From assembly GCA_013361335.1 (NCBI GenBank), contig JABFYH010000003.1:4217-68216 (forward strand): a DNA stretch of 64,000 bases, given 5' to 3'. Source of the stretch: Gemmatimonadaceae bacterium. GTDB taxonomy: Bacteria; Gemmatimonadota; Gemmatimonadetes; Gemmatimonadales; Gemmatimonadaceae. This document shows positions 19,332 through 28,898 of the stretch, one piece after another. A model generated the notes under the pieces. The model had not been told where the DNA came from and did no database searches. It saw nothing but the letters and a program-made list of their open reading frames with translations. The position numbers and the translations under genes were made by a program. How positions within the stretch are numbered: position 1 is the stretch's first letter; every line of letters begins with the position of its first letter.

Positions 19332-21302
19332 TCAGGGCAGCACGACCCCGTTCGTCGCGGCGAGCAGCGCGCTCATGTCGACACCCGGATCCTTGCCATC
19401 GCTCGCTTTGCCCTTGAAGGGGCTGGAGGTGAGGAGGCTGAAGTCACCGGCCGCCGCATTCGAGAAGCCGACATCGCTCACGGCCGGCACGAAGTAGTTG
19501 CCGGTCGGATAGCCTGCGCCGGCATTGCCGGCAAAGACGTTCGCGGTGAGCGTACCACCGGGAGCGTATGCCGCCATGGTTGCAGTCCCGGCGCCGACGT
19601 CGCTGAACACGCCCCAGTTCGTCGCCGTCGCGGTGAGGTTGTTGGAGAAGTTGAACCGCACCAGCTGGTCTGTCGGCGACCCCATCAGGATGAGGGCGCC
19701 GTACGGCGCGGTCTCGTTGTAGACGGTGTTGTGGGTGATGGAGAGATCGGCGATGCCGCCTTGCGCGAGGAACACGCGCCCTGAGCCGTTGAAGTCGCCG
19801 ACGTTGATGGTGCTGACGAGGTTGTCGCTGATCGAGACGTTGTGCAGCGGCTCGACCGGGAAGGTCTCGGGATGCGCGGCGATGTTGAACGCCGCGCCGG
19901 TGTTGCGGACGATGTTGAGCCGGAAGGTCACGTGAGTCGTACCGCTCCAGGGCGCAGTGCCGTCCTGGTCGGTCGACTTCAGGACGATCCCCGTTCCGTC
20001 CTGCGCAGCGATCCAGTTGTTCTCCATCACGTTGCCCTCGACCAGCACCCGGCGAGCGTTCTTGAGCTCGAAGAGGTTCTTGATCAGCCACACGCCCTTC
20101 CAGCTCACCGGCCGCGTGAGATGATTGTGGCGCACCTCGATGTCGCTCGGGACGAGATTGGGGATGTTCGGGCTGCCGCCGCCGAACATGATGATCTCGC
20201 CGGCGGACTGGAGGTAGTTGTTGACGATCTTGTACGGTCCAGGTCCGGTCCAGCCCATGATCGCCTGGGAATCGGCGCCCTTCTCGTGCACCTCGCTGAT
20301 GTACGAGTCGATGACCGCCGACGTCGCGGAGTTCAGCGCGACGCCTCGGCGCAGGACCACGGTCGAGTTGCCGTGGATGTACATGCGGTCGAGCACGATG
20401 TGGTGGGGCACCGACGCCAGCGTCGTCTGGCCGCCGGATGCATCGTTGCCGAGCGCGATGAGCGTGTTCACGATCGTCGCCGCCGGCGCGACACCCACGT
20501 CGAGGCCGATCAGGCGGTAGTAGTGCGCGCTGGGCTCGGTCTGGATGGCCGGCGAGTTGTTCGGTGTCTGGATACGCGGCAGGTTCGCCGCAGCGGCGAG
20601 CGCCGGCGTCATGCGGCGGCCGAGTGCAGGCAGGGCTGTTGCAGCGTTGGCAGGACGGATGACGATCCACGCCGTCGACGTACCGGCCTTGTTGCGCAGC
20701 GTGTAGTTGCCGGTGAACACCGCGCCCGGGGCGAGCTCGATCACGTCGCCAGGATTCGCGCGGTCGATCGCCGCCTGCAGGTCATCCGTCGCGCTCACGG
20801 GGATGACTGCGCCACCCGCGGCGGGAGCGTCGGGCATCGGCGTGTCGAACATCGCCGGCAAGGTGGCCGGGCTTGGCGCCGTGGACACGGGCGGCGTCAC
20901 CGGCGGCGTGGCTGGCGTCCCGGCAGGCTGCACCGTGATCACCGTCTGACCCTTCGCCTTGCCGCTGGTAGCCGTGATCGTGACGGTGCCGGAGCTCAGT
21001 GCGCTGACCATGCCGTCGATCGCGACCGTCGCGATCGACACGTCAGACGTGGACCAGGACACGACTGCCTCGGGCAGCACGTTGCCGGTCGCATCCTTGA
21101 TCGTGGCAGCGACTTTCGTCGACTGTCCGACGGTCAGCGCAGGAGCGCTGGCGATGGTGATGGACGCCGGCGTGTTGCCGACGAGATCAGCGGGTGCGTA
21201 GAGCGCGTCGAAGGGAGTGCTGCAGCCCGCACTTCCGGCAAGGAGCAGGGCGAGGGCGATGCTCACGGGCTTCCACCCGTGGCGAAGGTCGGTGCGCCGC
21301 AT
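19332..21302 (-). CDS. Secreted lipoprotein with a Big_2 domain and a right-handed parallel beta-helix (candidate polysaccharide lyase, epimerase or depolymerase)
   Basis: Signal peptide MRRTDLRHGWKPVSIALALLLAGSAGC. One Big_2 domain (TVGQSTKVAATIKDATGNVL...SSGTVTITATSG), a Pro/Thr linker, then beta-helix-type repeats (IVNNYL, EGNVMENN, ISDNLV, ITHNTV). ATG 21302 is preferred over 21347. Confidence 0.7.
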   Translation of the reverse strand: MRRTDLRHGWKPVSIALALLLAGSAGCSTPFDALYAPADLVGNTPASITIASAPALTVGQSTKVAATIKDATGNVLPEAVVSWSTSDVSIATVAIDGMVSALSSGTVTITATSGKAKGQTVITVQPAGTPATPPVTPPVSTAPSPATLPAMFDTPMPDAPAAGGAVIPVSATDDLQAAIDRANPGDVIELAPGAVFTGNYTLRNKAGTSTAWIVIRPANAATALPALGRRMTPALAAAANLPRIQTPNNSPAIQTEPSAHYYRLIGLDVGVAPAATIVNTLIALGNDASGGQTTLASVPHHIVLDRMYIHGNSTVVLRRGVALNSATSAVIDSYISEVHEKGADSQAIMGWTGPGPYKIVNNYLQSAGEIIMFGGGSPNIPNLVPSDIEVRHNHLTRPVSWKGVWLIKNLFELKNARRVLVEGNVMENNWIAAQDGTGIVLKSTDQDGTAPWSGTTHVTFRLNIVRNTGAAFNIAAHPETFPVEPLHNVSISDNLVSTINVGDFNGSGRVFLAQGGIADLSITHNTVYNETAPYGALILMGSPTDQLVRFNFSNNLTATATNWGVFSDVGAGTATMAAYAPGGTLTANVFAGNAGAGYPTGNYFVPAVSDVGFSNAAAGDFSLLTSSPFKGKASDGKDPGVDMSALLAATNGVVLP

Positions 21303-21629
21303 GGAGGTCCCACAGAGGAGAGGTCCGTTCGGCAGCCCGGCTGGCATAGCGATGTTCCGCCGTAGCCCCGCAGCTTTCCGTCGCCGGCTTTCGCCGGGTA
21401 TGGCCTTGTCGCGTTCCCCACCGCAGTGGGTGCGATCGTCCGATCACGTGGCGCAACAGCGCGCCTCAGCGCGCGCTTCGTTCCGCCACGAACAGTGACC
21501 GCGGCGCGAGAAGAGATCACGACGCGGTCCGAGATCAAGACGCGTAACGCGCTGTGTCGCAACGAGTTTATTCTCGTGATCTGGATGGTTTGCACAGGGT
21601 GAGCGCCCTCACGATTGCGCCGTGATCGT

Positions 21630-22766
21630 TCACGCGTCGAGTGCGCCGCAAAGCTCTTCGTAGAGATGACGCAACGCGCTCGCCATGGTGGCGCGCCCGA
21701 AATGATTGCCCACGTGCGACCGTCCCGCGGCGCCGATGCGAAGGGCGAGCTCGGGGTCGTCCAGCAGCGCAACGAGCGCTCGGGCGAGGGCAGGAGCGTC
21801 GCCGAGAGGCACGAGCAATCCGGTGGTCCCGTTGTCGATGATCTCCGGGATGCCGCCGACGTTGGTGGCCACGACCGGCTTGCCCTGCGCCATCGCCTCG
21901 AGGATGGCGAGCGGCACACCCTCGGCGAAGGTGGGGAGGACACACACGTCCATCGCCGCGATGAGTCGGTCGACGTCCTCCCGATGATCCGTGAAGACGA
22001 AGTGCGATGTGAGCCCTGCCTCCGCGATCAGCGCCGAGACCAGGGCGAAATGCTCGACGTATTCCGGGACGCCGGATCGCTGGCCGACGACGACGAACAA
22101 CGCGGTGGGGTGCGCTCGGACCACCGTGGCCGCGGCCTTGATGAGCGTGGGATAGTCCTTGGCTGGCGCCACGCGGGCGACCATCCCGATCACCGGCGCC
22201 CCCGCGGCGACGTGCAGCTCGGCGCGGATCGCGGCGCGTGCGTCTGGCTCGGGTGTCGCCGGATCGATCCCGTCGTACAGCACGGTCGCCCGCGCGTCGC
22301 GCAGTCGCATGGCGAACGACGCGCGCGCCTCCGCCGACACGAAGACGAAGCGCCGGACCGGCCACAGGAAGCTGCGGTCGCGAACCGATATCCTGGGAAC
22401 GCGTCCGCGCACGTGACTGATCACCGGCACACCCGCGAGCACGCCGGCCAGCCCACAGCGAAAGGCGGCCAGGATGTCGGCGCAGTGCACCAGGTCCGCG
22501 CCGGCGGCACGAAGCTGCCCGGCGAGCGTGCGAGAGGCGCCGACGTACGAGCGCGCGTGCCGGTAGCTTGGTTCCGGTGCATCGTACTCTATCACCGGAA
22601 GGCCGGCTCGCTCGAACAGCGTGCGCACCGCTTCGCCACCGCGAGGCGTGAATGCCACGCTCGTGAGTGTGGCGCCCTCCACTGCCTGCGCCATGCGAAG
22701 CGTTGCTACCTCGACGCCTCCGACGCTCGGCCAGGGGAGAATGTGCGCAATGCGGCGCGGCGCCAT
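21630..22766 (-). CDS. Glycosyltransferase family 4
   Basis: IAHILPWPSVGGVE at the N-terminus and FAEGVPLAILEAMAQGKPVVATNVGGIPEIIDNGTTGLLV at the C-terminus. The ATG shares one base with the upstream stop. Confidence 0.85.
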   Translation of the reverse strand: MAPRRIAHILPWPSVGGVEVATLRMAQAVEGATLTSVAFTPRGGEAVRTLFERAGLPVIEYDAPEPSYRHARSYVGASRTLAGQLRAAGADLVHCADILAAFRCGLAGVLAGVPVISHVRGRVPRISVRDRSFLWPVRRFVFVSAEARASFAMRLRDARATVLYDGIDPATPEPDARAAIRAELHVAAGAPVIGMVARVAPAKDYPTLIKAAATVVRAHPTALFVVVGQRSGVPEYVEHFALVSALIAEAGLTSHFVFTDHREDVDRLIAAMDVCVLPTFAEGVPLAILEAMAQGKPVVATNVGGIPEIIDNGTTGLLVPLGDAPALARALVALLDDPELALRIGAAGRSHVGNHFGRATMASALRHLYEELCGALDA

Positions 22767-23749
22767 CAGTACTTGGTGCGCGTTCCGCCGAACAGAAGCC
22801 GGTCGCGCACGTCATAGAGCAGCGAGACGAGGCCCGGCGCGGTGTGCAGCACGAGCAGGATGACACCGAGCTTCACGCTGCGCATGGTGCGGTTCGCCTC
22901 GCCGAGCGCCTCCCTGGCCGTCGCAAAATCGCCGCGAAAGAAGGCGCGCTTGCCTTCGTGGAAGCCTTCGAGGGCGGCAAAGTGCGCACGCTGCGCGGCG
23001 ACGAGCTGACGCTCCGCCTCGGTCAGATCCATCTGCGCAAGGCACTTGTCGAGCACCTTGACGATCGATCGGCACATCCACGCCGGATCCGAGGACAAGC
23101 TGCCGCTCCGCTTGCGATAGCGGGCCAGGACGCGACGGGTATAGTTGAAGCGCCCCCCCGCGTGTGCCAGCCGCAGCCAGAGGTCGAAGTCCTCCGAGCT
23201 CTTGAGCGCCTCGTCGAACAGCCCTACACGGTCGAACACCGAGCGGTGCACGAGTGCCGAGACCATCACGTTGCACCGCTGCGTCACGAGGCTCTCGAAC
23301 GTCACCTCTCCGACGGAGGGAGAGAACTCCATGAACCGCCGGCCGGCGTGCGGCACGTCGCCGAAGATCTCGGCGTCCCCGTAGCAGACGTCGGCCGACC
23401 GGTCGGCCATGACGCGGGCGACCTGGTCCTCGAGGTAGTGCGGCAGCCACAGGTCGTCGGCATCGAGCAACGCGACGTATTCACCGCTGGACGCGCTGAT
23501 GCCCGTGTTTCGTGCCGAGCTGAGGCCCCCGTTCTTCTTCACGAGGTAAACGATATCGGCCCGGAAGGGCGCCAGCGCTGCCTCGAGCGCTTCGGTGTCC
23601 GGGGTCCCGTCGTTCACGACGATCACCTCGCGGTTCGGGTAGGTCTGCGCGAGCGCGGAGCGCACCGCATCCGCTACGAACTCCGTCACCTTGTATGCCG
23701 GGATGATGACGCTGACGAAGGGGCCGGCACTCGTCGCGGGGTGCGTCAT
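22766..23749 (-). CDS. Glycosyltransferase family 2
   Basis: VSVIIPAYKVTEFVADAVRSALAQTYPNREVIVVNDGTPD and the ALLDADD acidic motif. The ATG overlaps the upstream stop (ATGA). Confidence 0.85.
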   Translation of the reverse strand: MTHPATSAGPFVSVIIPAYKVTEFVADAVRSALAQTYPNREVIVVNDGTPDTEALEAALAPFRADIVYLVKKNGGLSSARNTGISASSGEYVALLDADDLWLPHYLEDQVARVMADRSADVCYGDAEIFGDVPHAGRRFMEFSPSVGEVTFESLVTQRCNVMVSALVHRSVFDRVGLFDEALKSSEDFDLWLRLAHAGGRFNYTRRVLARYRKRSGSLSSDPAWMCRSIVKVLDKCLAQMDLTEAERQLVAAQRAHFAALEGFHEGKRAFFRGDFATAREALGEANRTMRSVKLGVILLVLHTAPGLVSLLYDVRDRLLFGGTRTKY

Positions 23750-24777
23750 GCGAGCGGGGCGCTCGATCCAGGGCGGGATCGCAGCAGAGCCGAAAGTGCG
23801 GACACCGCCTCCCGGAAAATGCCGCGGCGTCCCGTCGCCCCGTATTCGCTCCGACGTGCCTCGATGAAGCCCGCCGCGAAGGCGACCCGCGTCATTGCGG
23901 CAAAGGCACCCGGCACGTCGCCCTTGAGGCGAAGCAGCGGCGCCGCGAACAGGGACCTGACGGCGTCGCGATACAGGTGCACGGGAACGTCGAACAAGCG
24001 GGCACGTGACTGCTCCATCGCCGGATCGCGCATCATGGCGTACGACGCGCCGTGGCCGCGGTGCCAGCGGCGATGGTATGCCCGCGTGGTCCGATGCGAC
24101 TGGACCTTGTGCTCGAATCGAACCTCAGGCAGATAGACGCCGTAGCACCCGGCCGCCCAGAGTCGCTGCAAGAGCTCGATGTCTTCGACCCCACCGATGC
24201 GATCGCCACTGACAGCGAGCCGGCTGTCGTAGCCGCCCACCGCGCGCACGCTCTCGGCGTCGAAGGTGCAGGCGAGCAGACAGAGCTCACGGTGGGCGTC
24301 CACCCGGAGCTCGGCATCCCCATAGTCGGCCAGCGCCAAGGCCGACCAGTGGGCCGGCGTGAGCCATTCCGGCGGAGGCGATTCCCAGCGCGGCAGTACC
24401 TTGCCGCCGACGAATGCGGCGGCCGGATGCCGGCCGAACCCGGCGTCGATGCGGAGCAGCCAGTCCGGCGGGAGGACGAAGTCGTCATCGACGATCGCAT
24501 ACCGACGCCCGCGCATCGCCTCGAGGCCCGTGTTCAGCGCATTCGACTTGCCCTGGCGAGGCTCGAACAGGTACCGGATCACCTCCGGCGCGGCGGCGAT
24601 GAACCGCTGCACGAGCGCCCGCGTCCCGTCGGTGGAGTTGTTGTCCACCACCAGCACTTCGTAGGTGAACCGCCCGCCGGTGCGTTGCCTGAGCGCGGTC
24701 TCGAGCAGCTCGGCGAGATCACCGGCGCGGTTGTAGGTGCAGACCAGCATCGTGTAGTCGACGGCGGCGCCGGACAT
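23746..24777 (-). CDS. Glycosyltransferase family 2
   Basis: Only the last 343 codons of the 665-aa ORF look real. They contain MSGAAVDYTMLVCTYNRAGDLAELLETALRQ, EVLVVDNNSTDGT and AIVDDDF. The upstream part overlaps the GT4 gene in another frame. Confidence 0.8.
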   Translation of the reverse strand: MSGAAVDYTMLVCTYNRAGDLAELLETALRQRTGGRFTYEVLVVDNNSTDGTRALVQRFIAAAPEVIRYLFEPRQGKSNALNTGLEAMRGRRYAIVDDDFVLPPDWLLRIDAGFGRHPAAAFVGGKVLPRWESPPPEWLTPAHWSALALADYGDAELRVDAHRELCLLACTFDAESVRAVGGYDSRLAVSGDRIGGVEDIELLQRLWAAGCYGVYLPEVRFEHKVQSHRTTRAYHRRWHRGHGASYAMMRDPAMEQSRARLFDVPVHLYRDAVRSLFAAPLLRLKGDVPGAFAAMTRVAFAAGFIEARRSEYGATGRRGIFREAVSALSALLRSRPGSSAPLA

Positions 24778-24788
24778 CGCAGTACCAC

Positions 24789-25958
24789 CTATTGGAGCAA
24801 TGGACGCAGCGCCTCGGTCACCCGGCGCACGAAGGCAGCCTTGCTGAACGTCTGCGCGCGCTCGCGTGCGGCAGCGCTCATCCTGGTCAGCAGCTCGGGA
24901 CTGCTCGTCAGACGTGCCGAGTACTCCTTCAGCTCGTCCAGCGTGCTCCAGAGAAATCCGCTCACGCCATGCTCCACGATCTCCGGTTGGCCGCCCCGCG
25001 CGATCACCACGGGGACGCAGCCGGCCGACATCGCCTCGACAGTCACGATGCCGAAGTGCTCCATCAGCAGAGGGTCGTCGGGGGCCGTGAGGCCGGCCCC
25101 GTGCCAGAAGATCCTCGCCTCCCCGTAGAGTGCCGTCAACTGCTCGCGAGACACGTTCGGGAGGATCTGCGTGGTGACGCCGGCGCCAGCCGCCCTGACT
25201 CGGTCGAGGTATGCGAGGTCGGCGGGGTTGTCGCTCAGGCCACCCACCGTTTTGTAAGTCCACCCTGGCGCCACCCTCGGCCCGAAGTCGGCGAAGGCCG
25301 TCATGAGCTCGAGCTGATTCTTGCTCGTCCCCCCAGTCGCAAAGCGCCCGACGCTGAGGATCGTGTCGCGCTTGGCATCCCGGGTGTCGATCTCGGTCGC
25401 CGCCGGCGCATAGACCGCCTCGGATTCGACGTCCCACCAGCGGCGGGTGTAATCCCGGCTGAAAGCCGAGCAGCTCATGGCCACCTGATACCCTCCGAAG
25501 CGACGCCGCCATTCCCAATTCGCGTAGAGCCGTCGAATTGTGCGCTTCGCCCCGCGGCCGTCCCGGACCCACGGCCACGTGGCGTGTCGGTCGAAGTACG
25601 GGAAATAGATGAACAAGGCGCCGCGCGGCGCCGGGCAAAAGGGCGGCACGTCGTGCACCGACGCGATGTACAGATCGTACCCGCGGCCCGCCTCCTCGTA
25701 CCGCGCACGTTCGCGTCGATAGCGGCGCCACGGATTCGTCCACGCGTTCGACGTGCGGTCCTTGGCGACGTACCGTAGCCCCACCCGGGACACGTCGGTG
25801 CCATACGCGCGCTCGAGCGCCGCAGTCGTCAGCTCCGGCTTGTGATGGATGATGTCGACGGCATGCTCGTGGCTCAGCGCCTCCGCAATGACCGCCACCA
25901 CGTACTCGGCCCCGCCGACGACGCCGTCAGCATGCTCATGGTAAATCGCGACCTTCAT
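24789..25958 (-). CDS. Glycosyltransferase family 4
   Basis: The start MKVAIYHEHADGVVGGAEYV (ATG 25958) is typical of GT4. C-terminal EHFGIVTVEAMSAGCVPVVIARGGQPEIVEHGVSGFLW. Confidence 0.85.
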   Translation of the reverse strand: MKVAIYHEHADGVVGGAEYVVAVIAEALSHEHAVDIIHHKPELTTAALERAYGTDVSRVGLRYVAKDRTSNAWTNPWRRYRRERARYEEAGRGYDLYIASVHDVPPFCPAPRGALFIYFPYFDRHATWPWVRDGRGAKRTIRRLYANWEWRRRFGGYQVAMSCSAFSRDYTRRWWDVESEAVYAPAATEIDTRDAKRDTILSVGRFATGGTSKNQLELMTAFADFGPRVAPGWTYKTVGGLSDNPADLAYLDRVRAAGAGVTTQILPNVSREQLTALYGEARIFWHGAGLTAPDDPLLMEHFGIVTVEAMSAGCVPVVIARGGQPEIVEHGVSGFLWSTLDELKEYSARLTSSPELLTRMSAAARERAQTFSKAAFVRRVTEALRPLLQ

Positions 25959-25969
25959 GGATGAACCGG

Positions 25970-27193
25970 TCAGCCGCCCACAGCGTGGGCTTGTGCGAGG
26001 AGCGTCCATTGGTGGCCCATGTAGAAGCTACCCTGGACGGTCTTGCCCGGATCCACCCGCAGCGCCAGCGCACCGTGCTGCCAGTCGAGCGCGTCCGGCG
26101 CGCCACGTTCACGGATCGCGACGCTCGCGTAGTACATCCCGGGAATCAGTCCCAGCTCGGCGCACTGAAACTCCAGCACGCCCTCGCCGGGCTGAAGGGC
26201 GATGGCTTGTCCGCTCACTTCGGTCGTCCACTGGGCGACGACCTGCTGTTCGGCGTTGGTGAACAGCACCTCGAAGACCACGTCGGCGAGGGGCCGCCGA
26301 ACGACGTAGGCGATGCGAAGCGCAAGGGGCGATCCGGTGCGCACGGGAGGGGTGAGCTGACCCTCGAGATCACAGAGCTGCAGCGACTCGATCTCCGCAC
26401 TGCTGTCGGCGACCGCGGTCTCCAGGATGTTGTGGTGCGCGATTGCGGGCAGCCGCTGGTACTCCGCGATCACCTCGGCCGGCGTTCCGGAAAGGGCGAT
26501 CTGTCCCTGACGCATCAGGATGACCCGCGAGCAGATCCGTTCCACCGCGGCCAGGTCGTGCGAGATGAAGACGATCGTCTTGCCCGCCTCACGCAGCTCG
26601 CCGATGCGGCGCAGACACTTCTCCTGGAACGCCGCGTCGCCGACCGCGAGCACCTCGTCCAGGAGGAGAATGTCAGGATCGAGGTGGGCGGCAATGGCGA
26701 ATCCCAGGCGGACGTACATTCCAGACGAGAATCGCTTGACCGGCACGTCGAGGAAGGGGCGGATACCGGCAAAGTCCGCAATGCTGTCCAGCTTGGCCGC
26801 GATCTCCTCCCGCCGCATGCCAAGGATCGCGCCGTTCAGAAAGATGTTCTCGCGACCCGTCAGCTCGGGATGAAACCCCGATCCCACCTCGATGAGCGCC
26901 GAGAGGCGGCCGTTGATCCGGATCCGGCCAGTCGTCGGCGAGGTGATGCTGGAGAGCAGCTTCAGGATCGTGCTCTTGCCCGCCCCGTTGTGGCCGATGA
27001 TGCCAAGCACCTCCCCGCGCTCCACGGCGAAGCTCACGTCGCGAACCGCCCAGAAGTCCTCGACCGGGAGCCGCAGGGCCCGGAGACGGCCCAGCAGCGA
27101 GCGCGTGCCGTTGCTCGGGCGCTCTCGCCTCACGACGTACCGCTTCGAGACATGCTCGAACGAGAGATCGATCTCCTTCGGCGGAGCGCTCAT
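25970..27193 (-). CDS. wzt: Polysaccharide ABC exporter ATP-binding protein (Wzt/TagH-like) with a C-terminal extension
   Basis: Walker [13 protein letters not shown], signature [10 protein letters not shown], Walker [13 protein letters not shown], and about 160 aa beyond the NBD. ATG 27193 overlaps the permease stop (ATGA). Confidence 0.85.
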   Translation of the reverse strand: MSAPPKEIDLSFEHVSKRYVVRRERPSNGTRSLLGRLRALRLPVEDFWAVRDVSFAVERGEVLGIIGHNGAGKSTILKLLSSITSPTTGRIRINGRLSALIEVGSGFHPELTGRENIFLNGAILGMRREEIAAKLDSIADFAGIRPFLDVPVKRFSSGMYVRLGFAIAAHLDPDILLLDEVLAVGDAAFQEKCLRRIGELREAGKTIVFISHDLAAVERICSRVILMRQGQIALSGTPAEVIAEYQRLPAIAHHNILETAVADSSAEIESLQLCDLEGQLTPPVRTGSPLALRIAYVVRRPLADVVFEVLFTNAEQQVVAQWTTEVSGQAIALQPGEGVLEFQCAELGLIPGMYYASVAIRERGAPDALDWQHGALALRVDPGKTVQGSFYMGHQWTLLAQAHAVGG

Positions 27194-28014
27194 CAGATGA
27201 CGTCCGCCACGGTCGCTTCGACCCGCTTGAAGTACGCGTAGGCCAGCGGCAGGAGACCGATGCTGACCACCGCCGCCACCCCCAGCAGCCGCATGTCCGG
27301 GGCGGTTCCGAGGACGGAGACCCGGCGAAAACTCTCGATGATACCGACCATCGGATTCAGCTCGTAGAACGTCCGGAACCTCGCCGGGACCTTGTCGAGC
27401 GGGTACACCACGGGGCTCGCGTACATCCAGAGCTGCATGAGCAGCGGCATCGCCATCCCGATGTCCCGAAACCGCACCTGCGTTGCCGAGAAGACGAGGG
27501 AGATGGCGGTGACGAAGGCGGCGAGCACCACCACGATCGGCACCAGCCAGAACACCTGCGTCGTGATCGCGACGTGATAATAGACCATCAGCCCCGCCAT
27601 CACCGTCGACGCGACGAGCAGATCGAAGAGCGCGGCGATGACGTAGGAGAGCGGGAGGATCTCCCGCGGGAAGTACACCTTCGTCACGAGATGGGCATGA
27701 GACACCAGCCCGTTCGTCGCGTTGGTCAGCGCCGTCGAGAAGAAGGTCCACGGTAACAGGGCCGCATAGGCGAACACCGGATACGGGATCGCGCCGCTCG
27801 GCACCCTGGCGATGACCGAGAAGACCAGGGTGTAGATGAGCATCAACGACAGCGGCTGGAGCACGGCCCACGCAAGCCCGAGCAGCGACTGCTTGTATCG
27901 GACGTTGATGCGGTGTGCGCTGAGGGTCCACAGGAGATCCCCGTACTCCCGCAGCCGAACCATCCCTTGCTGGAGGTCGCGCAGGGAGAGCGACGGGGGC
28001 TGGATGACCTTCAC
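27193..28014 (-). CDS. wzm: ABC-2 type polysaccharide exporter permease (Wzm/TagG-like)
   Basis: [34 protein letters not shown] followed by 6 TM segments. GTG 28014 is chosen because GC3 drops to about 70% upstream. The ORF-track start GTG 28152 remains possible. Confidence 0.8.
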   Translation of the reverse strand: MKVIQPPSLSLRDLQQGMVRLREYGDLLWTLSAHRINVRYKQSLLGLAWAVLQPLSLMLIYTLVFSVIARVPSGAIPYPVFAYAALLPWTFFSTALTNATNGLVSHAHLVTKVYFPREILPLSYVIAALFDLLVASTVMAGLMVYYHVAITTQVFWLVPIVVVLAAFVTAISLVFSATQVRFRDIGMAMPLLMQLWMYASPVVYPLDKVPARFRTFYELNPMVGIIESFRRVSVLGTAPDMRLLGVAAVVSIGLLPLAYAYFKRVEATVADVI

Positions 28015-28199
28015 TTGCCGGGCGGTGCGATGCAACAGAAACCTCGAGCGGAATCCTGGTACGTGAAGACGAGCGGAGGCGGCTCGGGTAAGGCCGGCGG
28101 CGCCAGCCTCGGCGAACGAGCACTCACCCTCCTGGCCGGCCGCCAGTGACACGAAGGGTAACGGCTACACGGTCGATCGGCTGCCGGTGGCTGGACGGT

Positions 28200-28898
28200 T
28201 CAGGACGCCGGTGGGGTGCTGGCGGGCGTCCGTGAGGCCGACCTCGTTCCGGGATGCGGAAGGGCCACGTCCACCTCGTCCATCAGGCGGGAGGCCATGC
28301 GCAGGCCAAGCTCGTCGGCCCGCGCCTGTGCCGCCGGCGATGCCTCGACGGGGAGCACGATCCGGACGAGCGCTTCCTCCGTGTGGCCGGTCAGCGCCGC
28401 GTCGCGCAGCAGGTTCAACTTCACCGTGTACTCGTTCGCCACCACCCGCCCGCGACCCTGGTACCAGTAGTACACGACGGCGTGCGACAGCCCGTTCTTG
28501 AGCAGGTACCGGTTGACGACGTGGGGGCCGGTGGACGAGGTCACCGTCGCCGTGCGGCTCTCCAGGATCTCCCACCCGGCGCCCGGCAGGCAGTTGCGCG
28601 GAGAGTGGATGGTCTTCCCCTGCATCTGCCGCTCGTAGTAGCCCACGTAGGTGCTGAAGGCCATCGTGGTGTCCCGCATGTAGAGGCGCGCCACGTAGTC
28701 CGACATCCCCGCCACCTTGCGCTCCTCGTCGCTCACGCGCTGATCCTGGACGGTGTAGCCGTCCACGTGCGCCATGATGCGGTCGAGTGGACCGGCGAGC
28801 GGGACCGCCACCTGTTCGCGCGTGCCCTGAAAAAGGAGCAGGCAGCCGGCGAGCAGGACGAGCCCCGGCATGTAGGCGCGCAGCTGGCCCTCACGCAT
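28200..28898 (-). CDS. epsI: EpsI family exosortase-associated protein
   Basis: N-terminal anchor PGLVLLAGCLLLF and the EpsI signature HSPRNCLPGAGWE. Its start overlaps the exosortase stop by 8 nt. Confidence 0.8.
   Translation of the reverse strand: MREGQLRAYMPGLVLLAGCLLLFQGTREQVAVPLAGPLDRIMAHVDGYTVQDQRVSDEERKVAGMSDYVARLYMRDTTMAFSTYVGYYERQMQGKTIHSPRNCLPGAGWEILESRTATVTSSTGPHVVNRYLLKNGLSHAVVYYWYQGRGRVVANEYTVKLNLLRDAALTGHTEEALVRIVLPVEASPAAQARADELGLRMASRLMDEVDVALPHPGTRSASRTPASTPPAS

Noticed and set aside
23746-25743. A 665-aa ORF, and the N-terminal parts of the ORFs at 40410-42623, 25970-28123, 40731-42125 and 57357-59489.
   Set aside because: Only the C-terminal portions carry recognisable domains and begin at start codons coupled to the neighbouring genes. 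The upstream parts overlap other real genes or intergenic repeats.
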